A stretch of 64,000 nt of DNA from Eledone cirrhosa (lineage: Eukaryota), in assembly GCA_964016885.1 (NCBI GenBank), contig OZ024741.1:240374001-240438000 (forward strand). The letters run 5' to 3'. The translations under genes were made by a program, and so were the position numbers. Below, piece after piece: positions 1 to 11,019 of the stretch. Each line of letters starts with the position of its first letter. Positions within the stretch are counted from its first letter, which is position 1. The notes beneath the pieces were generated by a model. It was not told the DNA's origin, did no database searches, and worked only from the letters and a program-made list of their open reading frames with translations.

Positions 1-761
1 TTCGGTGACTGGGGATTCTTTTCTTTGTTTTTGTGCCTCTCCTTTTTTTTTTTGTTCTGTCCTACGCCATATATATATATTACAGGACTAGAACTGTCAT
101 TCATATGAAATCATCAGGAATGATAATTTCACATGAATGAAACAATTCTAGTCTTGTAGAAGCCATTTTCCATTACTGTATTCACTATCTTTTTAAATGT
201 TGGTTATTTCTTGTTTTCCATTGGAGATCCACCCTATATATATATGTATGTAAAATAACTTGCCTTTATCATTGTTAAATAATATATGTAATATATCAGA
301 CTCTGTATCTGAAAGATTGACTCAGCAAAACACGCAACCAATCTCTGGATCCCACTGAACTACATGCTAATGGATTACATTGAGTTCTAGCTATGGTATA
401 GACCCTATCAAGAAAGGTAGACAACATTGTGTGTGTATATATATATATATATAAAACATAGAGAGACATATATATATATGTATATATTCATACATATACA
501 CTTGAAAGAAGTGTTGTACAGTTATTGTAATATCGATTGTGAGAAATGACTTCAGTTAGGAATGAAAATGATGTCTGCAAAATAATCTTTCATCTATGTC
601 GCTTCACATTCTTAACTGAGTGTCTAAGAAGTTTGATCCCACTGTGTCACATCTTGGACAAGTGTCTTTAACATAGCCTTAGGTCAACCCAAGCCTTGTG
701 AGTAAAACTAGCTAGATGGAAATTGCGTGTGGGAGTCTTTTGAATATGTCCTATCTGTAAT

Positions 762-985
762 TTAACCTTTTTGCATTTAAATTATTCTATATATATACTA
801 TTGTATTTTCATGGTAAAGGCTTTATCTCAATTATCTTACATAATATCGAATCTAGATTTTGATATTATTTATCTTGAGAACAATACCTAAACATAAGTA
901 TGAGTAGCTGGTGACAACCGGTTTGAACAGAAAGAGGTGAGAATACTCTAGCCAAATATGGCCGGTTTAAATCCTAAAGGATTAA
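762..985. mobile_element. piggyBac-like MITE (TTAA TSD)
   Basis: ttaa|cctttttgcatttaaa...tttaaatcctaaagga|ttaa; internal sequence homologous to the 30097 and 38738 copies. Confidence 0.7.
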
Positions 986-1378
986 AGGTCCATCTTTGTT
1001 ACATATGGTGTCAGATAGATGTGATTTGGGAATTATGTTAAGAGTACACATGACTGTGGAATACTCAGCCACTTCATGTTAATTTAAAGAGTAGGGTGTT
1101 CTGTTGATTGAACAACTGGATGCTCTTTGTCTAAACTGGTGGAGAAACTATCATTGATATTCAACAGTTTAGCTTTTTAAATTTTAAACTAATACACACG
1201 AGTGCAAATCCTTGGTAACATTTTTTGATTAGTTCAGTTAAAGAAAAAAGTGTATCTAAGTTTGTGTTTCTTTTAGATTGAATGATGTGGATTAATTTCA
1301 GTGTGTATGTGTGTATATATATAGAGTTAATATAAAATTTATCTATATATATGTATATAGAGTTAATATAATATATAT

Positions 1379-1727
1379 GGAGGCACATGGCTTAGTGGTT
1401 AGAGCATTGGCCTTGCAATCGAAAGGTTGTGAGTTCAATTCTCAGACCGGGTGATGTGTTGTTTCCTTGAGCAAGACACTTTATTTCACATTGCTCCAGT
1501 TTACTCAGCTGTAGAAATGAGATGATAGGGACTGGGGTCCATATCATTCCACTGCAAAGTGGTCATGGAGGTGCCACAGCCAAAAAGCACCCAGCACTCA
1601 CTGTAAATGAGGTTGGTGTTAGGAAGGGCATCCAGCTGTAGAAATCAAGCCAGAATCAGTTCCCGTCCCACCCTTGCAAGCAGGGAAAAAGCGGACGTAA
1701 AATGAAATGATGAATGATGAATGATGA
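1379..1727 (+). mobile_element. tRNA-derived SINE (family A) with RTE-derived tail
   Basis: A box tggcttagtggttagagc, B box gagttcaattctc, CORE-like ccttgagcaagacactt, tail shared with the RTE 3' end, (ATG)n end; near-identical copy at 32546. Confidence 0.85.
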
Positions 1728-1901
1728 TATATAGAGAGAGAGTTAATATAATATATATATGTATGTATGTATATGTACATATATATATATATATACGAAT
1801 TAGCTTTTAATGAATACCCTTTTCTTTCAACCAATGACCTCCACTCATCCCACTCCCCACCAGAAAAGATATAAATACCACAACATTTATTTTGGACAGC
1901 C

Positions 1902-1952
1902 AGATTCCTGATGATTTCTAAAGAATGAAACAGTTCTAGTCCTGTAGAATCT
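1902..1952 (+). ncRNA. Type I hammerhead ribozyme motif
   Basis: Stem I agattc/gaatct; core CTGATGA 1908-1914; stem II t-ttc-taaa-gaa-t; GAA; stem III ACAG/CTGT; predicted cleavage after GUA at 1946. Confidence 0.8.
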
Positions 1953-2043
1953 CATCTATATTAAAACTTTTATACTCTGCTATGTATTGAGTACCTTACT
2001 TACTGTAGTTACATCCGACTCAACCCGGAATAACTTACCTATA

Positions 2044-2102
<59 letters not shown>

Positions 2103-2303
2103 GTATATATATATATGTATAAATATATTTATATATATGTATATATATATATGTATATATATATGTATAAATATATATATATATGTATATATATATGTAT
2201 ATATGTATATATATATATGTATATATGTATATATCCGATATCTGCATTGCTTTATTGTACTACAATAAAACTCACCTCCTACATATATGTATATATATAT
2301 ATG

Positions 2304-2360
<57 letters not shown>

Positions 2361-2373
2361 GTATATATATATG

Positions 2374-2451
<78 letters not shown>

Positions 2452-2459
2452 GTATATAA

Positions 2460-2493
<34 letters not shown>

Positions 2494-3130
2494 GTATATA
2501 TATATATATGTATATATATATGTATATATATATATATGTATATATATATGTATATATATATGTATATATATATATGTATATGTATATATATATATGTATA
2601 TATATGTATATATAGATATGTATCTTATAGTGCATTGCATTGCTGCCTGCTGATTTATTTTTCTCACTTTTAGTTATGTCTTCCTTCCAACTTTATATAA
2701 TGCTTGAAGGCAGCTCTTATAATGCAGTAGCTAAACTATTTTCACCTTTTATCTGAAGCTACACTCAACGTTACTGCACAGCTTGTGAGTAGACCTGGTA
2801 CTCAAATCCAATTTATAACCACCAACTGATAAGAAGATTGTGGATAATATATTGTAGATAACACACACACACACATGCATATATATATATATAAATATAT
2901 ATGCATGTGTGTGTGTATATGTGGATGTGCGTGTGTGTATATATGCATGTGTGTGTGTGTATATGCATGTGTGTGTGTATGTATATATGCGTGTGTGTGT
3001 ATGTATATATGCATGTGTGTGTGTATGTATATATGCATGTGTGTGTGTGTATATGTATACATGCATGTGTATGTAGGCATATATGCATATATATGTGTGT
3101 ATGTGTATATACATATATGTATATATGTGT

Positions 3131-4350
3131 ATACTTTGACTTTGACAGGTTTCGACCAGTATTAGCCCAGACCATTTCTAACTTAACAGCACCACCTGGT
3201 GAAATCTTTCAAATTAGGATTTGGGCACCATGGCCCACTCAAGTAGAGAGTTATTGTTTACGGAGACATATCCGGGTGTAGGAGGTTTATCCGGGATTTC
3301 TTGAAGGAATTTGTTCGAAGACTTCTTGAACTTAATGGCGTCTGTTTCTATTTTAATGTGTTTTGATGTAATGTTAAAAGGAGTGGGGCCAATTGAGGTG
3401 AAATAATTGTGTCATATTGTTGTTATGAGATGCGAGTGTGATTTTTGTTGTGGGCGGATAGCAAGGGGCCCAAGCCTTGGGTGTACCCTAAACGTGATGC
3501 TAACGTTATTTGGGCAATGCTGATGAAATATCTTCCACATCGTGCAGATGATGTAGCGCTCATGGCGACATTGGAGAGAATAAAGTTTGAGTTTTTCTAG
3601 TCACCCCCAATAGTCAAAGCCTGACATGCCATCTATCTTTTTCGTGATTGACCTTTGAGGAGCTTCAATTTTCATGATATTTTGTTTTGTGTGGCGAGTC
3701 CACAGTGGACAACAGTATTCAAGGTGGGGTCAGGAAAAAGTGGAGAAAAGAAGGATAATTCCTAAGTCTCTGATGTTGTTGGATGCCACGAGAGTTTCAC
3801 CTGAAGGAAGGGAGTATGGGTGTTTCAGGGCATCCTCTTTTCGAAAGTGGATGAACTCAAATTTATCCTCGTTCAGCAGCATATTGTTCTTTTCCACCCA
3901 TTGGATAACAGCCAGTAGATCTGATTGGAGGTATATCTGGTTACCCACACCATTGATGACCTTCTGGAGCTTGGCTGCTGTGCCTGATGATGTCAGTAAT
4001 GTCATTAATGTAGATGATGAAAAGAAGTGGGTCCAATACAGTGCCTTGTGGGACACCACCACTGACTTTTGCTGGGCAGGATTGTACTCCTTCGACTACA
4101 ACATGTTGGTCTCTGTCTGTCAGGAAATACTTGATTCACTGCAGCAACTTTCCAGAGGCACCAATGTTGGATTGTTTTCTCACTAGAATGTTGTGATCAA
4201 CCCTGTCAAAGGCCTTGCTGAAATCAAGGTAGATGACATCAGGTTGGAGCCCTCTCCCAAAGTTCTCAAAATATCATCAAAGTGATGCAGGAGCTGTGTT
4301 AGGCAGTCCCTTCCATTACGGAACCCATGCTGGTTGGAATTCAGCAGTGT
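3131..4350 (-). mobile_element. CR1-group LINE RT remnant with internal deletions
   Basis: QHGFRNGRDCLTQLL, YLDFSKAFDRVDH (split frames), GVPQG motif, W..KNNMLLNEDK, IRDLGI; short tandem tail (GTCAAA)n on the minus strand at about 3131-3146. Confidence 0.8.
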
Positions 4351-4407
4351 GTTGTGTATATGTGTATATAAATATGTGTGTGTGTATATATATATACACA
4401 CACACAC

Positions 4408-4438
<31 letters not shown>

Positions 4439-4443
4439 CATAT

Positions 4444-4772
4444 ACAATGATATTAAATAAATGGAAACTATATTTATCAAACCATATTTATTCTATTATA
4501 TATATTTCAAGGGTACCAACAATTTTGGTATGCTATCATCAGATAAAATACGAAGTGTGTTTTATAAATTTTGACATAACCAAGGATAATATACCTTAAC
4601 AGTTCAAGTTATCCCTTTGAATCGTTAAGTTATATTATCCTTGGTTATGTCAAAATTTATAAAACACACTTCATATTTTATCTAATGATAGCATACCAAA
4701 ATTTTTGGTACCCTTGAAATAATAAATATGGTTTTATAAATATAGTTTCCATTTATTTAATAGCATTGTGTA
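4444..4772. repeat. Long imperfect inverted repeat (arms about 150 bp)
   Basis: acaatgatattaaataaatggaaacta...ccaaggataatata / tatattatccttgg...tagtttccatttatttaatagcattgt. Confidence 0.92.
4489..4550 (-). ncRNA. Type I hammerhead motif in left arm of fold-back element
   Basis: Minus strand tattttat CTGATGA ...tacca/tggta... GAA ATATATAT A atagaata; the right arm carries a mutated copy (CTAATGA). Confidence 0.7.
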
Positions 4773-4861
4773 TTATACTCCAGAAATCTGTTGAGTGCTC
4801 TGAATCAGTTATAAACATTTATATTTGTTGAATTACCAGCAAATTGAATATCTCCTCTGCT

Positions 4862-4933
<72 letters not shown>

Positions 4934-5022
4934 TCAACTTTACGGCCTCATTCGATCCTGTGCTAGCTGGCAGGTGGCAATATATTTTGCCGTTCTTGGA
5001 CTTCTGTCCTAGGAAATGAAAA

Positions 5023-5104
5023 TGCGCTCTGATGATCCGAACATTTCCATTGGAGATCACTAGGATCTCCAATCTTTTGAAAGGTGAAACCGTCGGTAAA
5101 AGCA
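5023..5104 (+). ncRNA. Hammerhead-like motif with long stem II insertion
   Basis: CTGATGA 5029-5035; t-cc...gg-t closing stem II with a 10-bp hairpin attggagatc/gatctccaat; GAA ACC gtc GGT A; stem I 4 of 6 pairs. Confidence 0.6.
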
Positions 5105-5376
5105 AATGGATTAGGTAAATATTTAAATTATATTTTTTTAATTTATTTTGAGAAATTGTTTGAATTTTACTTGCTCCACTTATCTCAATTTTATATATAT
5201 ATATATAGGAGAAAGTATGACCCCGACGGCTATTTATGGAGTCCAGAAATAGCCGTCGAAACGGCTTGAGCTCTGCCGTCAGGGTCATATTTTTTCCTAT
5301 TTCCCACTCTACTATCCTAAGTATTGAGTACTCTGGTGCATTATGGTCCATCTGGTTCCTTACCACAATTCCTTTG

Positions 5377-5491
<115 letters not shown>

Positions 5492-5554
5492 CACATATAT
5501 ATATATACACATATATATATACATATATATATATACATATACATATATATATAC

Positions 5555-5585
<31 letters not shown>

Positions 5586-5623
5586 CATATATAATATACA
5601 TATATATATATACATATATATAT

Positions 5624-5669
<46 letters not shown>

Positions 5670-5716
5670 GGAATAGAATGAAACGAAATTTCATTTCTCA
5701 CTCTTAGTACGGCAGT

Positions 5717-6052
5717 TACTTAAATGTAAGTATGTATGTATACGTACATACATATATGTATACAGACGTACAGTAGTATGTATATATATACATACATGCA
5801 CACATATATATATGCACGTATCGGTTTACCGAACATTTATTATAATGCTCGGTTTGTTTGTTTACAAACAAACAAACCGAGCCTTATAATAAATGTTCGG
5901 TAAACAAACAAACCGAGCATTATAATAAATGTTCGGTAAACCGATACGTGCATATATATATGTGTGCATGTATGTATATATATACATACTACTGTACGTC
6001 TGTATACATATATGTATGTACGTATACATACATACATACTTACATTTAAGTA
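5717..6052. repeat. Near-perfect inverted repeat (arms about 150 bp)
   Basis: tacttaaatgtaagtatg...gtttgtttac / gtaaacaaac...catacttacatttaagta; the loop is a duplicate of the inner arm segment. Confidence 0.93.
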
Positions 6053-6129
6053 AACAAACAAACAGCCCGAATTATCCCATACAGTGTTTAGGCAACCACG
6101 TCACCTTTTTGTTCAACACTGACACAAGA

Positions 6130-6172
6130 ACGATGTACTAGTTTCAAGCTTATTAGCTATCGTCAGCATCGT
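6130..6172 (-). ncRNA. Minimal type I hammerhead ribozyme (short palindromic stem III)
   Basis: Minus strand acgatg CTGACGA t agct aata agct t GAA ACTAGT A catcgt: 6-bp stem I, intact core, palindromic ACTAGT. Confidence 0.85.
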
Positions 6173-6401
6173 ATACCTTCCTGCCAGATGGTTGAACGTC
6201 TGAAAGTATTTACTTTCCTTATGCATATTGGACCGGGCAATCTGTTATGTCCTTGATAAAGACACTTTATTTCATGTTGCTCCTTCTACCTGGAGTTGTG
6301 ACCGATAGATAGTATTAGCAATTGGAAAGACCAACGGAAACATTGTTTCCTTGGTCCGATTTGACGAAAGTCGATCTACAAAAATTTTTTTTTTATATAT
6401 A

Positions 6402-6480
<79 letters not shown>

Positions 6481-6828
6481 ATATTTGCGCATGTATATGT
6501 ATATATATATATATGCATATATATGTATGTGTATATATATATATATATACGCATATATATGTATATATATATATATGCATATATATATGCATATAGATGT
6601 ATATGTATATATATACGCATATGTATATGTATACACATAATCATATGTATATATATACGCATATATATGTATATGTATATATATATATGCATATATATGT
6701 ATATATGTATATACGGCTTGAACTCTGCCATTGGGGTTAAACAATTTCCTATTATCCACTCTACTACCCTAATTATTGAGTACTCTGGTGCGTTATGGTC
6801 CATCTGGTTCCTTACCACACTTCCTTCG

Positions 6829-6869
<41 letters not shown>

Positions 6870-7269
6870 CTCTCTCATATATATATAGTGTGTGCATGTG
6901 TAACCTCTCTCAGTTTCACATTATATTTCTGTGCCATTCTATAACAACACAAGTCTAAAATGCTGGGAGCAATTTGGAATCCAGTTGTTTCAAGATTTAA
7001 CATATCATTTGCTCCGATATGTTATTTATGGCCTCGTATTTCTGTCTTTATAAGTTTTCAGATAGAGGAGAAAATAGCAGTATTTTTGCTTTTCATGTTT
7101 AAAATATTTTAGATGTGTTTATTAAGTTTTTAACTAAACTTCTCACAAACTAAAGGAAACAAAATGTTAATTGTTAATTTTATTAGCGCTTGAAAACTAT
7201 TTTGAATTTAAGCAAAGTTTTATTTCTGTTGATGATTTGGTAGTTATTAATCTATATATGTATAAGAAT

Positions 7270-7610
7270 ATGGCCTAGTGGTTAGTGTGTTGGATTTATG
7301 ATCATAACATGATGGGTTTGATTCCTGGTCAGGGTTGTACATTGTGTTCTTGAACAAAAATTTCATTTCCCATTGTTCCAGTCTACTCAGCTGAAAATGA
7401 ATACCAGCAACAGCAACTGGGAGTTAAGCTTGTGATGAACTGGCAACCTGTCCAGGTGGAAGTTTTGTATTCTGTCACTTAATTCTAATGAAGTCTGAAT
7501 AAGCACCGTCCTGATGAGCCTCAGGACTTGGAATAAAAGGATTACCCTTATACATAAGTCCCACCCTTGCAAGCAGGGAAGAGCGGATGTAAAATGATGA
7601 TGATGATGAT
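7270..7610 (+). mobile_element. Diverged tRNA-SINE related to family A
   Basis: tggcctagtggttag A box, ggtttgattcc B box, same 3' end gtcccacccttgcaagcaggg...gcggatgtaaaatgatgatg. Confidence 0.7.
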
Positions 7611-9757
7611 AAGTATAAGTTGCACAGATAGATAAGTCACACTCTATTTTACGTACATTCTTTACAATATAACAACCTATAACAAATATTTTAAAGCCAT
7701 TTTCTCTGCTAAATAAAACATTAACTTTATGGTCCGCATGAAAGGCTTTGTAATCACCATGGGATTCTATATGAAACAATGCTTTATATCTCAATGTCTT
7801 TCCTGGTGCCTACCCCTTTAGTTTCTTCTGATGACATGCAGGAATGCAGTGTAGCTATTCTAAACCAGATACCCATATAAAACATTTACAATTTACCATA
7901 TATTTGGAATCAAAGTTTTATAGGTCCAGTAGATAATTTCCATGCTATTTTTTCATGTAATTTTGTGGAAAATGGTGAAACTTATACACAAATATATACA
8001 TACAACAAACAACAATAACAAGCATTTTTAAGGTCATCTTCTCTACTAAAGCAAGGATTGGTCTTGTTGACTCCATGACAAACTTCTCTATTTTTTCTAT
8101 CGTCTAACCCCCGGCTTCCATTTCCTCTTCCATCATTATTAGCCATTATTTTCTTGATCCTCTCCTTCCCCTACTTCTATATTCATTTCCACTGTGCCTC
8201 TCATCGAATCACATTCATCTTTCCTCAACACATGATCTAATCATCTCATTCCATTTCTCTTCACAACATTCATCATTGGCTCTATTCCAATCATCCTCAG
8301 CAATTCATTGCTTGTTTTCCTCTCTCTCCACATCCACTGGACCATTCTTAATTCCATTCTTTCCAGCTTTTTTTGCTCCTCCATGTTCATCATCCATAAT
8401 TTATGGCACTTCTCAGACATGTAGCATACTACTTACCCTTCTGTTTCAGTGACACCTTGTCATGGGCTCACCACTCAGTTGTAAATCTCACACACACACC
8501 ACACTCACACACATACACACTCTCTATTTGAGATGCAGAAAAGAGGTTGGTATAAGCCTTTAAAAATATTTTCTGCATAAGTTTACATATAATTTCCTGT
8601 GTAGTCACAAGACCAGAAATTTGGAAAGTGGGGAGACACTATGGGTATGTGGTTTGAATGTCTCAGGAAAGAATTGCTGGACAGATTTTACAGACAAAAC
8701 CAACTGGCGGGAAACCCAGGGGTAGACCCAGGCATAGACCAGCTTGGTTGGTCTCACTTGGGGATCCAACCAGATCAGTTGGAGATGGTTACTTCTGACA
8801 GAACCAATTGAAAGGAGTGTTTGAGGATTCTACCACCATGACTCTCTCAAGAATAAGTGGATGAAGAAGAAGAAAGGGTAAGCAATTAAATTGACCCAGT
8901 ACGTGACTTGTAATTCATTTTCTTGTCCTCAGAAGGATGAAAAGCAAAGCTTACCTTGATGGGATTTAAACTCAAAATAGAAAGAGCTGAAACAAATACC
9001 AAAAGACATTTTGTCTGATGCTTCAATGCTTTAGCCTATCCACTGCTCTTGAATGAATTTATATATCCCCATCATTAACATTTCAATGTCCTAAACTCCA
9101 TGCATGGACCAGTAACTCCCGATAATGGTAAGGGTTCCATAGAGACATACAACATGTCTTGGGGCATTTTGAGCCTGGCAGAGCCTATCCCCTATCCATG
9201 TTTGAACACAGCTGTCTTCTTCCAGAGGAGGAGATATTGATGAAGTAAGAAGGAGATATAAAGGAAGAATCGACTCCAGTATTGGATTAGTACTATTTTT
9301 TTTATCAATCTCAAAAGGATGAAAGGCAAAGTTAACCTCGATGGGATGTAAACTCAGTGTACAGACATCCAGAATGAATACCTCAAAGCATTCTATCAAG
9401 AGTTCTAATGATTCTGACAAATCACTGCCTCCTGTATTAGTAAGTGCTGAATATATGAGCTGTTCTAAAAAATTCAGACAAATAATGATAACAAATTCTA
9501 AGTAAATTTTACATATTTACATAAGGGTTAGCAAGATTTGGCTGCTATTTCTAGCTGCTTCAGTACAAAAACTCCTTTGCTATCCTGGGGACTATATAGA
9601 AACTCCTTTGTTATCTCACATTCTCTGTGGTTTAATATCGGGCTCTGTTACTTTGGAACTTAACTAATTGACATACAAGATATATTAGGGAGAGGGGGAG
9701 CATGACTAAATAATTGCAATGTGTGGATTAGTTTGTCTAAAAATAGAATTTGACATG

Positions 9758-10315
9758 TTTATTGTGATGTGGGTACATTGTGTTGTGGGTACAGAGTGTT
9801 GTGGGTATGGTGTGTTGTGGGTACGTTGTGTTGTGTTGTGGGTACGGTGAGTTGTGGGTTCGGAGTGTTGTGGGTTCAGTGTGTTGTGGGTACGGAGTGT
9901 TGTGTTGTGGGTACGGTGAGTTGTGTTGTGGGTACGGTGTGTTGTGGGTACGGTGTGTTATGTTGTGGGTACGGTGTGTTGTGGGTACGGTGTGTTGTGG
10001 GTATGGTGTGTTGTGTTGTGGGTATGGTGTGTTGTGGGTACAGTGTGTTGTGGGTACGTTGTGTTGTGTTGTGGGTACGGTGTGTTGTGGGTACGTTGTG
10101 TTGTGTTGTGGGTACGGTGTGTTGTGGGTACGTTGTGTTGTGTTGTGGGTACAGTGAGTTGTGTTGTGGGTATGGTGTGTTGTGGGTATGGTGTGTTGTG
10201 GGTACAGTGTGTTGTGGGTATGGTGTGTTGTGGGTATGGTGTGTTGTGTTGTGGCTATGGTGAGTTGTGTTGTGGGTACGGTGTGTTGTGGGTACGGTGT
10301 GTTGTGGGTATGTTG
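9758..10315. repeat. GT-rich minisatellite, 18/23-bp units
   Basis: (gtgtt)1-2 gtgggta(c/t)gg repeated. Confidence 0.95.
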
Positions 10316-11019
10316 TATGGTTGGAAGCCCATGGTGGTGGGTAGGAATATTATGGTGGATGTGTAAGCTGCAGAGATTGTACTGACCAGCAGGAAACAGC
10401 TGTGGTAATATATCCAATTTATACTAGTATAGCTAATTAACAGGATACACTGATGAGGATGATGGTGATGATGATGATGGTGAGGATGGTGATGGTGAGG
10501 ATGGTGATGGTGGCTGTCGTGGTGGTGATATAAGCGCTGATATGCAATATTACATTTATCCTACATTTCAGACAATAAGCAATTCAATTGCTTAATTCAA
10601 TATATGTACATACACATACACACACAAACGTTTCTGTATGTATGCGTGTGTGTATGATATATACATATATATATACACACATACACACACACATATGTAT
10701 AACATATACATATATGTATGTACACACAGACGCTTCTGTATGTATGCGTGTGTGTATGATATATACATATATATGTACACACACAGTCACACATATGTAT
10801 AACATATACATATATGTACGTACACACAAACACTTCTGTATGTACATGTGCGTGTATGACATATAGTGTACATATATATGTACAAACACACACATGTATT
10901 TGTATGTATGACATATACATATATACACACTCACATTTATTTGTTTGAACATGTGTATGACATACACATATATATATATATATATACAAACACATATAAG
11001 TATTTGTATGAACATCTGT

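Noticed and set aside
1379-1450. tRNA gene
   Set aside because: A and B boxes are present but continue into a SINE body and LINE-derived tail; no complete cloverleaf was seen.
7505-7540. CTGATGAG hammerhead core
   Set aside because: No properly placed GAAA, stem III or stem I; it lies within a SINE body.
8030-8870. Additional old LINE 3' fragments
   Set aside because: They resemble RT C-terminal or UTR remnants, but no diagnostic motif could be read with confidence.
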